Assembly: GCA_048538275.1 (NCBI GenBank)
Contig: JBLYPW010000001.1
Location: 431,928 to 487,038, forward strand
DNA length: 55,111 bases
Reading direction: 5' to 3'
From: Candidatus Komeilibacteria bacterium
GTDB taxonomy: Bacteria; Patescibacteriota; Patescibacteriia; UBA1558
In this document: positions 18,371-27,399 of the stretch, one piece after another
Position numbering within the stretch: position 1 is the first letter of the stretch
Layout of the letters: each line of letters starts with the position of its first letter
Position numbers and translations under genes: made by a program
The notes under the pieces: generated by a model
The model's input: only the letters and a program-made list of their open reading frames with translations
What the model was told of the DNA's origin: nothing
Database searches by the model: none

Positions 18371-20270
18371 CGGTTAAATTATTATCAAGCACAAAATACT
18401 GCGCTGCTAATTGGCCGTCATCCGTCCACCAGCGCAAATGTGGCCCACCGCCTTGATTGGGAGTGGTCACTAGCATATTATTAGCAGCGCTAATTTGTAT
18501 GCCGCCCCGCCAGTTATCAGCATAAGCCAGCCACTGTTTTTGCACCTTACCTTGCCAATCATATTGCCGTACCCAAGGCGCTTGTCCGGCAGTCGCAGTG
18601 ATATAAAAATATTGACCATTGGCTGTCATGCTATCAGCGTCTGCGACTGTCCATTGCTTTTCTAATAAACCTAGTTGATTATAAGCGCTTAACTGGCGAT
18701 CTGTCAGTATCAAGATTTCAGTATAATTATCTTTATCATAATCACTGGCACTAATATCCAAAATAATATTGTGAGCCGCCCAGCTCGTCAGTTTATCACC
18801 CTCGCCGCTCCACAATTCTACAACCTTACTGGCGGTATTGTCAGACCATACTAAAATCCTATTGTCCATCAATGCTACTTTTGCGCCGTGAGGATCGTCG
18901 CCATTGAGCACATCCCATTGTTTTATTAGATCGCCGGTCCAGCTCAATACTTTCACTTGCGGCTTAGCCTGACCTGCGGGAGCGGTGATGATTTCTGGAC
19001 GACCGTCACCATCTAGATCGCCTACCGCTAAATTAATACCACCGGACCATTCTGGCCAAGCAACTATTCTACGCTCCAGTTGGCCGAGTTTATTATATAT
19101 ATCCACTATCCCCTGATAATCGGACTGAGGAGCAACGACAATGCTATCATTATAATGCACTAATTGACTAACCGCTGCCAGACTGGCAGCAATATTTAAT
19201 CGGCCAGCACCCAATTTAGCCGGGTATAAAGGATTGGATGCCTCAATCGGATCACTATTGTCTTTTAAGACAGTTATTATTTCCTGAGCTGATAAACTAG
19301 GACGATAGGCTTTGAGCAAAGCAGCTGCTCCTGCTACCACCGGCGTGGCTAAAGATGTGCCAGACCAATGGCCAGAAAATTTATCACGCCACTCTGCTAG
19401 GGCGGGCTGATAAACAGTTAAACCAAAAAACCTTTCCCCAGGAGCGCTCATATCCACACAATTGCCATAGTTTGCAAATAAAGACTTTTGGTCTAGCTGA
19501 TTCACGGCCGTCACTCCTAAAACATTATTATAAAGGCCGTCACTACAAATAGGATAACGGGGATGAAAAGTTAAATCCAAACTATTGTCTGCATTATTTG
19601 CACCAATGGTTTCATTACCGGCTGCCGCCAAAACCAATACCCCGGCTTTACCAGCTTGGGATATTGCCAAATCTAAGGTAGAATTTGTTTCCGCGCCAAC
19701 CAATGATAGATTGATAATATCAGCACCATTGGCCACTGCATAATTTATAGCACGGCTCACATCGTCCAAATTACCATTGCCATTACCATCCAAAGCTACC
19801 AGCGGCATGATTGATACCTGCCAATTTATACCGGCTATACCATAGTCATTATTTCCCATAGCACCGATAATACCGGCCACGATAGTACCGTGCTCTATGC
19901 CCAATTCAGAATGAAGCGCATCCAGCTTGGGCTGAGGATCAGACTCATTATGAATAAAATCCCAGCCATAAACATCATCTATATAACCATTGTGATCATT
20001 GTCTAGACCATCGCCCGGCACTTCATCATTATTTTTCCAAATATTGGCATAAAGATCCGGATGGCCGATATCCACACCGGTGTCAATCACGGCCACCACA
20101 ATATCAGAAGATCCAGTAGAATAATTCCAAGCAGACGGTGCGCTAATTTGATTCAAATAATATTGTTCGCCTAAAAACGGATCATTACTACTTTTCGCCA
20201 TTACAAAATTTGGTAGCATTAAGGCAACGGCGATTAAATACAAAAAAGTTTTGGCATAAACAGCTCTCAT
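18342..20270 (-). CDS. secreted S8 (subtilisin-like) serine peptidase with C-terminal repeat/propeller-like region
   Basis: Signal peptide. Catalytic triad contexts VAVIDTGVD, HGTIVAGIIGA and SGTSLATPVVAGAAALL. The C-terminal half has FG-GAP-like DLDGDGRPEI. Confidence 0.85.
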   Translation of the reverse strand: MRAVYAKTFLYLIAVALMLPNFVMAKSSNDPFLGEQYYLNQISAPSAWNYSTGSSDIVVAVIDTGVDIGHPDLYANIWKNNDEVPGDGLDNDHNGYIDDVYGWDFIHNESDPQPKLDALHSELGIEHGTIVAGIIGAMGNNDYGIAGINWQVSIMPLVALDGNGNGNLDDVSRAINYAVANGADIINLSLVGAETNSTLDLAISQAGKAGVLVLAAAGNETIGANNADNSLDLTFHPRYPICSDGLYNNVLGVTAVNQLDQKSLFANYGNCVDMSAPGERFFGLTVYQPALAEWRDKFSGHWSGTSLATPVVAGAAALLKAYRPSLSAQEIITVLKDNSDPIEASNPLYPAKLGAGRLNIAASLAAVSQLVHYNDSIVVAPQSDYQGIVDIYNKLGQLERRIVAWPEWSGGINLAVGDLDGDGRPEIITAPAGQAKPQVKVLSWTGDLIKQWDVLNGDDPHGAKVALMDNRILVWSDNTASKVVELWSGEGDKLTSWAAHNIILDISASDYDKDNYTEILILTDRQLSAYNQLGLLEKQWTVADADSMTANGQYFYITATAGQAPWVRQYDWQGKVQKQWLAYADNWRGGIQISAANNMLVTTPNQGGGPHLRWWTDDGQLAAQYFVLDNNLTGGVNVDLAN

Positions 20271-20320
20271 GATTGATATTATAACAAAATACTGTGATTT
20301 TGTCTTTTTATTATTCTGCT

Positions 20321-20758
20321 GTCCGCCCCGTCAGACGGGCCTCGTCAGCTTAAGCTGACGTGACGGGCCTCGTCAGCTTAAGCTGACGTGACGGGCTTCC
20401 CCTCGTCATTTCTACAGAGCATAAACAAGCGGAGAAGCCTCTCAACACACGACTTCACAATAGACTTCTCCGCTTGTCCGCACTGCGTTTGGACAGCGGT
20501 CGAAGTGACAATGTATTGTACTTAGTTTTGTTATTCTGACCACAGCTCTCTATCCTTTCCCCTCGTCACTTCGACCGAACCATCATACCCCCTCCGTCAT
20601 TTCGCCAGAGTCATCATACTCCCTCCGTCACTTAGACTGAGTCATCATAACCCACCCGTCACTTCGACCGTAGTCAACATACCCCCTCCGTCACTTCGAC
20701 CGTAGTCAACATACCCCCTCCGTCACTTCGACCGAGCGCAAGCGAGCGGAGAAGTCTA
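20321..20758. repeat. mosaic repeat cluster 2
   Basis: Two 28-bp palindrome units (20337-20392), a degenerate Y/X hairpin composite (about 20402-20510) and module T. Then five to six tandem 30-32-bp V units (20559-20735), ending in module Y (20721-20757). Confidence 0.9.
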
Positions 20759-20806
20759 TATTATGCAAACGATAGTTAAACAAGCAACTATTACATAAAA
20801 CATTTA

Positions 20807-21115
20807 CTATAATTCATTGAATAAATCATGCCAATTAGGGTTAACACTATTAATAAGTTTAACTTTTTTACTCCTCCTCCATCTTTTAATTTGCTTCTCT
20901 CTACTTATTGCTTCCATCGGGGATTCAAATATTTCATAGTATAGTAGAATATGACAATGATACTTTTTAGTAAAACCATCATTAACGTTATTTCTATGCT
21001 CCATTACACGTCTAATTATATTGTTTGTCATGCCAATACATAATACCCTTGATTTGCTTGACATGATATAAACATAATACAACTTATAATAATCCCTATA
21101 TTTTTTCCAAAACAT
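20807..21115 (-). CDS. GIY-YIG nuclease family protein (URI domain, COG2827-like)
   Basis: 102 aa with YYVYIMSSKSRVLCIGMTNNIIRRVMEH and REKQIKRWRRSKK, both typical of small GIY-YIG proteins. Confidence 0.8.
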   Translation of the reverse strand: MFWKKYRDYYKLYYVYIMSSKSRVLCIGMTNNIIRRVMEHRNNVNDGFTKKYHCHILLYYEIFESPMEAISREKQIKRWRRSKKVKLINSVNPNWHDLFNEL

Positions 21116-21143
21116 TTTAATTTATATTATTTATATTACAGTA

Positions 21144-21340
21144 GTATTGCTATTAGACTTCTCCGCTCGTCCGCACTGCGTTTGGACATCGGTCGAAGTG
21201 ACGGGGAGGTGTGATGAGCAGACAAAGGCACCGTCAGACGCCGCAAGCCCCGTCAGACGAAACAGATCTAGTCTGACGGGGCAAGCCCCGTCAGACGCCG
21301 CAAGCCCCGTCAGACGAAACAGATCTAGTCTGACGGGGCA
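21144..21340. repeat. mosaic repeat cluster 3
   Basis: Module X at 21155-21203, followed by a 57-bp tandem duplication (period 21231 to 21288). Each copy contains a CCCCGTCAGAC-12 nt-GTCTGACGGGG hairpin. Confidence 0.9.
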
Positions 21341-21363
21341 AGCTCCTTTTGCTCCCCGCCCGA

Positions 21364-21397
21364 TAAAACAAAAAACAGGATCATGAAACGACCCTGT
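21364..21397 (-). terminator. intrinsic terminator downstream of 21421-22938
   Basis: Minus strand: ACAGGG-11 nt-TCCTGT followed by TTTTTTGTTTT. Confidence 0.6.
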
Positions 21398-21420
21398 TTT
21401 TACTCACTGGAAAATAACTT

Positions 21421-22938
21421 TTAATCAATCAGATCGCCATCCGGATAAATCTCAAAGACGGGCACGGTAATTATTCTATCCCAACGATAATGGCGGGTAT
21501 TAAAAGCCGCCTCACTGCTAATCCAGCGCTTGTGCCCATTGTCCAACAAATAAACTCGGGGATCGCCAGCATATTTGATTAAAACACCATCCGGCTTGGT
21601 AGTGGCGTCGGTAATAGCCTGTTGCTCGGGATAGTCAGCTAAACTATCAACCCCCACACGATAAGCCCAATCATCAGAAAAACCCAAAGCATTATATAGT
21701 TGAGTGGTCATGAATATACGCTTGCCGCCATCACTGATAAAATAATAAGTTGCCGCCCCTACTTTTACTACTGACCCATCACGGAATTTCAAATTCTCAC
21801 CACGCGGTAAACGATAAATCTTACTATTGACCTGTGCTTGAACGGGCTTGGCGCTCCAAGAATGCAATATATCGCTACTGCTAACCAAATGCCGAATATT
21901 ATTTTCTACCCAATAAATATGTTCATCGCCCACCATTTTATAAATTCCCGGTTGACTGACATCATTCACTTCCCAGCCGGGCACGGAAGCCAATAAACGA
22001 TAATAACCAAGACGATAAATATCCGCTCGCGCAGTACTGTTGTTAATATCAACGGTCGTGGGTAATACCAGCCATTGTTTAATCTCATCATCATAATAGG
22101 CCAAACGCAATGTATCACTAGCAAAATTATTTAAGCGTCTATCAGCAAAACTAATAGAAACAGTAACCCTGGCATTAAACTGCTCAATATCTTCACCCGT
22201 CACACTATCTTGCAGGCTAAGTTGCCACGGCTGTTCATAAACAGTAAATAAACCACTGGCAATACTGGGAGTGGCAGGATAATTATTATAAGGGGAAGTA
22301 ATCTGTAAATCAGCATGAGTATTGACTGCTCCCTGAGGCAGGCCCAAAGTTATTTGATGCTGATAACTTTCATAGAGAGTGGTTTTACCGGCTATATCCG
22401 GGGTTAGCTCAAGTCTGCCATTATTGCTAATAACGGCAAAATCACCCTCATCCAGAAAATTAGTTTGGCACGACAAAGTCTTAAATTGGCCGTTGGCACT
22501 TTTCTGCTCATTGCCACCGGCATCCAATAAAGCTACTTGATAATGATATGTTGTACCGCAAATCAAACCAGACAAAGTGTTATTTTGTCTACCCTGTTGC
22601 CAATACAATAAAGTAGTGGATTGGTTGAGCCGACCGACACCATAATAAACTTTGGCACGGCTCATATACGGCGCTGTCCATGATACCGTCACGCTATCCT
22701 TATTGATATTATTAATGCTAATATTGCGCGGTTGCGCTTCGGCAGGCGTATAACCATAATTTGCCAAAGGCTCAATATTATAACCCATACCGGTATCTGT
22801 TTGCCCGCTACCGTTTATCCCTATACCCTGACGAAAAGAAGTGTCACTACTGTCAGTACGATAAAAATAAGCTTGACCAAGTAGTGGCCAAACCAGCAAA
22901 GAAACTATTATGAGCACTAGAAAAGATTGACGTTTCAT
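21421..22938 (-). CDS. secreted protein with fibronectin type III-like domain and C-terminal surface-repeat domains
   Basis: MKRQSFLVLIIVSLLVWPLLGQA signal peptide at the Met at 22938 (the track ORF extends to 23007). FN3-like DSVTVSWTAP...YHYQV. C-terminal repeats shared with 26098-26577 and the N-terminus of 28522-32583. Confidence 0.6.
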   Translation of the reverse strand: MKRQSFLVLIIVSLLVWPLLGQAYFYRTDSSDTSFRQGIGINGSGQTDTGMGYNIEPLANYGYTPAEAQPRNISINNINKDSVTVSWTAPYMSRAKVYYGVGRLNQSTTLLYWQQGRQNNTLSGLICGTTYHYQVALLDAGGNEQKSANGQFKTLSCQTNFLDEGDFAVISNNGRLELTPDIAGKTTLYESYQHQITLGLPQGAVNTHADLQITSPYNNYPATPSIASGLFTVYEQPWQLSLQDSVTGEDIEQFNARVTVSISFADRRLNNFASDTLRLAYYDDEIKQWLVLPTTVDINNSTARADIYRLGYYRLLASVPGWEVNDVSQPGIYKMVGDEHIYWVENNIRHLVSSSDILHSWSAKPVQAQVNSKIYRLPRGENLKFRDGSVVKVGAATYYFISDGGKRIFMTTQLYNALGFSDDWAYRVGVDSLADYPEQQAITDATTKPDGVLIKYAGDPRVYLLDNGHKRWISSEAAFNTRHYRWDRIITVPVFEIYPDGDLID

Positions 22939-23122
22939 AGTAGCAATAGAGTACCAATTCGCCAAAAAAATGTCAACTGCCCATGCCCCAAATATTAAAA
23001 TCCCCACTACCTAAGAATTCTTATAGGTATTGTCATTGCCAATTCTAATAGAATCAACTAGCTTCTCAGCCTTAGTATTGAGCAAATAACTTGGCAATCG
23101 TATTTATATCGCCTGTATAATA

Positions 23123-23352
23123 TAGACTTCTCCGCTCGCTTACGCTCGGTCGAAGTGACGGAGGGGGTATGATGGCTCGGTCGAAGTGACGAGAGGGAAG
23201 GATAGAGGGCTGTGATCACAATAACAAAACTAAGCACAACCCATGGTCACTTCGACCGATGTCCAAACGCAGTGCGGACGAGCGGAGAAGTCTATTGTGG
23301 ATTCGTGCGCTGAAAGACTATTCTGCTCGTTTATGCTCTATCAATGTGATGG
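23123..23352. repeat. mosaic repeat cluster 4
   Basis: Module Y (23124-23160, +), module T (inverted), module X (23246-23294, inverted) and a degenerate Y arm. Confidence 0.9.
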
Positions 23353-23445
23353 TGTAATGCGCCCAAATGGGCCAAGCGACAACCCATCATTAATACCTGT
23401 GGACAAACACATTGACACTCCTCTCTAATATGTTAATATTGAGAT

Positions 23446-23513
23446 ACAAATGGTATCCCCTTTACGGGGTTGCTCCGAGACTCCATATCGCAAGATATGG
23501 AGATCGTTTTTTT
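23446..23513 (+). ncRNA. candidate small RNA convergent with the MazF-like gene
   Basis: TTGACA (23412-23417), 16 nt, TAATAT (23434-23439). Then a CCCC/GGGG hairpin and CTCCATATC-GCAA-GATATGGAG (23481-23502) followed by T7. No ORF. Confidence 0.4.
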
Positions 23514-23907
23514 ATAAATAATTTTTTATCTTTTTCTTGACATCAATAAAAACATCATCATCAATAATCCCTATTTTCCTAATCAATCTTTTACTGCTCA
23601 ATAATCTTAATGGGGGTAAAATTATCGTTTGTGATTGATCCTTAAAAGTAAAATTATAATAATAGCTACCATCCCTTGGCTTGGTAGTTGTGGGAATTGC
23701 CCAAAATATCTCTTTATTGAATTTCTTGATGATAATCACAGGTCTTTCAAATTTCGCATTCTTTCCATCTTGTTCATAACCAATATTCATACCTAAGCTA
23801 GTCCACCATATTTCCTTTTCCCTATAATATAGGCACCTATTCTCAGCAATATGTATTCTTACTTTTAGTTTAGTCCACTCAATAAATCTCCGAATATACT
23901 CTTCCAT
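23512..23907 (-). CDS. PemK/MazF-like toxin family protein (no adjacent protein antitoxin)
   Basis: EIWWTSLGMNIGYEQDG...RPVIIIKKFN...AIPTTTK...LSSKRLIRKIG resembles the longer PemK/MazF subfamily. Recognised from memory, not searched. Confidence 0.55.
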   Translation of the reverse strand: MEEYIRRFIEWTKLKVRIHIAENRCLYYREKEIWWTSLGMNIGYEQDGKNAKFERPVIIIKKFNKEIFWAIPTTTKPRDGSYYYNFTFKDQSQTIILPPLRLLSSKRLIRKIGIIDDDVFIDVKKKIKNYL

Positions 23908-23994
23908 ATTTTTATAATAAATAATAAATAATCAAAAAAGGGTCTGACGACCCTTTAAGCTATAATATAAAATCAAAGTCAGTTAGTCAAACCT

Positions 23995-24258
23995 CGCCCC
24001 GTCAGACTAGATCTATTTCGTCTGACGAGGCTCACCCCGTAAGACTGAGCCTGCCACGTCTGACGGGGCTTGCGGCGTCTGACGGTGCCTTTATCTGCTT
24101 ATAACACTTCCTCGTCACTTCGACCGATGTCCAAACGCAGTGCGGACGAGCGGAGAAGTCTATTGTGGATTCGTGTGTTGAGAGACTATTCTGCTCGTTT
24201 ATGCTCTATCGAAGTGACGAGGGGGAAGGATACAGAGCTGTGGTCAGAATAACAAAAC
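23995..24258. repeat. mosaic repeat cluster 5
   Basis: GTCAGAC/GTCTGAC hairpins, module X (24113-24161, inverted), a degenerate Y arm and module T (inverted). Abuts the higA stop codon. Confidence 0.9.
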
Positions 24259-24262
24259 ATTA

Positions 24263-24562
24263 CTATTTAAAACTTACCACTAATTGCTTATCTAAGGCTT
24301 TAGCTATTTTGTCTAGCATTTTAATAGTAAAATTTTGTTGACCAGATTCAAGTCTGGCAATATTACTTTGACTAGTTGCCAATTTTTTAGCCATCTGAGA
24401 TTGAGTGATTTTTTGTTGTCTACGAATATGATTAATAGCATAGGCTATCTTTAATTGCCTACCATAATGATCATATAATCTTTTAAACTCAGGATCTTTT
24501 AATTCCTGTTCTAAATATTCATTAAAATCTGTAGCCTTTAATTGTTTTTTACCATTACTCAT
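24263..24562 (-). CDS. higA: XRE-family HTH antitoxin (HigA-like)
   Basis: ITQSQMAKKLATSQSNIARLESGQQN helix-turn-helix. Overlaps the upstream toxin gene by 8 nt. Confidence 0.8.
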   Translation of the reverse strand: MSNGKKQLKATDFNEYLEQELKDPEFKRLYDHYGRQLKIAYAINHIRRQQKITQSQMAKKLATSQSNIARLESGQQNFTIKMLDKIAKALDKQLVVSFK

Positions 24563-24917
24563 ATATTTTAGGATTATTATATACGTCGTTTAAATTATTA
24601 ATAGCTTTATCTATTTCTCTCTTTGGAGTCTTTTTTGTTTTTTTATTAAAAGCATGTAAAAGTATTATAGTTTTATTTATAAAAGTAAAATAGAAAATCC
24701 TATGAAAGTGCTTATTAAAATCTACGCGCAGCTCTCTAAGTTTTCCTTGTATATGCTTTGAATAAGGTTCATCCAAACATCCTCTATGAAAAACTAATAA
24801 TTCAATATAGCTATAAACCTTAGCTTTTGTTTTACTGGGCAATTTAGTAATATAATCTAAAACAGGTTCTTTGCTATTTGTACTATTTTTATAAAATTTT
24901 ACTTTATATTTTTGCAT
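24555..24917 (-). CDS. higB: RelE/ParE superfamily toxin, Gp49/HigB-like
   Basis: GKLRELRVDFNKHFHRIFYFTFINKTIILLHAFNKKTKKTPKREIDKA matches the Gp49-like (DUF891) toxin pattern. Toxin-first gene order. Confidence 0.8.
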   Translation of the reverse strand: MQKYKVKFYKNSTNSKEPVLDYITKLPSKTKAKVYSYIELLVFHRGCLDEPYSKHIQGKLRELRVDFNKHFHRIFYFTFINKTIILLHAFNKKTKKTPKREIDKAINNLNDVYNNPKIYE

Positions 24918-25067
24918 ATTTATAATATATCATAAATGATATATTGTCAAATTAATTAATATACTAAAAAAGGGTTCGCTTTCTCAACGACCCTTTATTA
25001 TCTATACCTTATAATATTATTTATTCCTAGTCAATCACAGTATATTCCTGAAAATATTTATCTGGGA

Positions 25068-26030
25068 TTATCTTATTTTAATGCCTAATAACAGCAAAAC
25101 TAGGCCTATCATCTTATCTTTATCCCCAGACTTACTTTCAGCAATCAATAGTGTTAAAGTTGTTAGTGCTTCTGGAGATAGATTGTTTTTCAACAATCCT
25201 GCTTTATTCAAATACCAAACAAAAGTAAAAGCTGCACTACGTTTATTGCCGTCAATAAATGGATGATTTTTTACAATATAGTATAAAAAATTAGCAGCCT
25301 TTTCTTCGTTACTTGGATAAACATCCTTATTTCCAAATGATTGAAAAACATTACCAATAATACCTTCAACTGAATTCACAGCTCTTTCTTTACCAAATAT
25401 GTCTGTTGCTTGTTTCTTTGCAATCAAATTAGCTTTTAATTCATTAAGTGCTTCTACTAAACTTTTTGCTGTAATATCCACCTTCTTTCTAATTGAACCA
25501 TTCTTGGGAAAGTTTTCTTTATCATAAGCTTCTAATGACATCCATGTACTTGAGAAAAGATTTATGAGTTCCAATGCATCTTTCGTGCTAATTTCACTAC
25601 TTGCCGGTATTACTGCTTTTAAATCATACAAAGCCTTCTGAAAAGCTTTGTAGTTATTCTTAATTCTTCCCTTATTGACTGTATACCCATCTATTAAATG
25701 TTGTTTTAATACTTCAGTCGCCCATTTACGAAAAACTATTGCTTTAGCAGAATTCGTACGATAACCTACCGCCAATATAATATCTAAAGAATAAAACTTT
25801 ACAGGTTTATCTGAATTTGCAATGTGCATTTTTTGCACATTGCTTTTTTCATCCACTTCACCATCTTTTAAAATTTTATTTATATGCTTTGTTACTACAG
25901 ATCTTTCTGTATCAAAAATATCTGCAATCTGTTTTTGCATTCCCCAAATAGTATCTCGCTTAAAATCTCCACGAAATTCAATTGATCCATTTTTTGCTTG
26001 ATAAATTACCAATTGTTTTAACTCTTTCAT
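25068..26030 (-). CDS. RhuM-like N-terminal domain fused to Fic/Doc domain
   Basis: N-terminal half is RhuM-like (SIEFRGDFKRDTIW...ILAVGYRTNSAKAIVFRKWATEVL). The C-terminal half has the Doc-type motif HPFIDGNKRSAAF. Confidence 0.7.
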   Translation of the reverse strand: MKELKQLVIYQAKNGSIEFRGDFKRDTIWGMQKQIADIFDTERSVVTKHINKILKDGEVDEKSNVQKMHIANSDKPVKFYSLDIILAVGYRTNSAKAIVFRKWATEVLKQHLIDGYTVNKGRIKNNYKAFQKALYDLKAVIPASSEISTKDALELINLFSSTWMSLEAYDKENFPKNGSIRKKVDITAKSLVEALNELKANLIAKKQATDIFGKERAVNSVEGIIGNVFQSFGNKDVYPSNEEKAANFLYYIVKNHPFIDGNKRSAAFTFVWYLNKAGLLKNNLSPEALTTLTLLIAESKSGDKDKMIGLVLLLLGIKIR

Positions 26031-26097
26031 ATTTTTATAATAAAAAGGGTTACTAATAATAGTGACCCTTAAAACAATAATATATTAAACTTAAATA

Positions 26098-26577
26098 CTA
26101 GTCAATTAGAGTATATTCCTCAAAATATTTATCTGGGATCATTTGGACCCGTGCTGCCCAGTCAGCACCATAAGTAGCCCTGACCGCGGCCGGCGATCGC
26201 AACCAAGTCAACTCCCCTACTGCGGTTACGGCATAAACCTTATCCCCGATGATCTTTTTTACCAAGGTACCGACCGGCAAAAACATATCCCGACCATTAG
26301 CAAAATTATTCATATCTCTGCCGTCAATTTTATCCACAACAATATCATCACCAGCATAATAATGAAACATAGCTTGATTGTACAACCAATATCTGGTCTG
26401 CTCTTTTACCAGATACACTCGATCACTAGAATCTGCTTTTATATATTTATCTGTTGAAACTGTTCTTAGCAGTACAACTTCTTCACCATTTATTAATGTT
26501 GGCTCAGCACCGACCATTGCCTGCGCCATTGACGGTAAGAAAATAACTAATAGTAATAATAAAATATTTTTGCGCAT
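26098..26577 (-). CDS. small secreted protein with surface-repeat domain
   Basis: Signal peptide MRKNILLLLLVIFLPSMAQA. The C-terminus VYAVTAVGELTWLRSPAAVRATYGADWAARV parallels VYAVEPSGNLRWIPSEEIAAGLYGADWASRV in the 1353-aa protein. Confidence 0.6.
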   Translation of the reverse strand: MRKNILLLLLVIFLPSMAQAMVGAEPTLINGEEVVLLRTVSTDKYIKADSSDRVYLVKEQTRYWLYNQAMFHYYAGDDIVVDKIDGRDMNNFANGRDMFLPVGTLVKKIIGDKVYAVTAVGELTWLRSPAAVRATYGADWAARVQMIPDKYFEEYTLID

Positions 26578-26614
26578 GTTTTTTTTCTGACTTAAATAAT
26601 AATGCGAATATTAT
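26504..26614. repeat. 111-bp direct repeat, copy 1
   Basis: Identical to 27326-27436. Covers part of the -10 region, the 5' UTR, the start codon and the first 24 codons of 26098-26577. Confidence 0.9.
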
Positions 26615-26754
26615 ATAGTTTTTTTAAATATTTTCAACTCCCTATTGACTATTATCCATCCACATGCTACCATTAAATCGTGATATTTGTGAGGACTTTA
26701 GTTCTCCCGCGGTTAAACACATAAAACCGCAGACAAATATCATGCAAAAAAAGT

Positions 26755-27240
26755 TTAATCATTTTCTAAGTCTCCTTCATGGAAGACTTTTTTTGTTACT
26801 CCCACAATTGGGTTTTTTCGTGTCTTCCAAAAGGGTATTACACTCCAAAAATATGGCACACCATTAGCTACCTCCTTTACAATAACCTTAATCTTAATAT
26901 TAAAATTTATTATTGCAACGAAGCCATAATATTTAACATCCTTAGCCACAAAATCCCACCTAGCATTAATTCTCACCCTCTCAACACATCTTCTCTCTTG
27001 AAATTCTTGCATTGTGCCAGACAATCTTAATATATTCGGAACGAACTTAAGAAACTTTAATCTCAAATATTGATCTTCAATCAAACGCCCCCTATTCCAG
27101 TCCTTACCCTTTATATGATTTAAACCCTTGACATTGAACTTTATATTTTTCTTTAAAAATGGATTGTACACGGAGTCTAACTTTTTATAGTCGTCTTCAG
27201 CCATTTTTCTAACTTTTTCAAATTTATCTATATTTTTCAT
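26755..27240 (-). CDS. hypothetical protein (161 aa)
   Basis: Clean ORF between the two 111-bp repeat copies. TTGACA-17 nt-TAGATT lies on the minus strand at about 27286-27314. No recognised domain. Confidence 0.5.
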   Translation of the reverse strand: MKNIDKFEKVRKMAEDDYKKLDSVYNPFLKKNIKFNVKGLNHIKGKDWNRGRLIEDQYLRLKFLKFVPNILRLSGTMQEFQERRCVERVRINARWDFVAKDVKYYGFVAIINFNIKIKVIVKEVANGVPYFWSVIPFWKTRKNPIVGVTKKVFHEGDLEND

Positions 27241-27309
27241 AATAAAAAAAGGTTACCGAACTCAGTTCGACGACCCTTGAAACCAATCTATCAACCGTAA
27301 TAAAATTTG

Positions 27310-27399
27310 TCAACTCATAACCTCTTCAGCACCGACCATTGCCTGCGCCATTGACGGTAAGAAAATAACTAATAGTAATAATAAAATATTTTTGCGCAT
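27310..27399 (-). pseudogene. orphan 5' fragment (signal peptide only) of the 26098-26577 gene
   Basis: Encodes MRKNILLLLLVIFLPSMAQAMVGAE, then EVMS and TGA. Lies within repeat copy 2. Confidence 0.7.

Noticed and set aside
20559-20735. Possible CRISPR array (regular ~31-bp repeats); the same question applies to 17097-17206.
   Set aside because: The units abut directly with no unique spacers, they diverge progressively, and no cas genes are in the window.
21147-21386. 79-aa ORF (LLDFSARPHCVWTSVEVT...).
   Set aside because: It lies entirely within repeat cluster 3. Its internal peptide duplication simply mirrors the 57-bp DNA duplication. There is no RBS.
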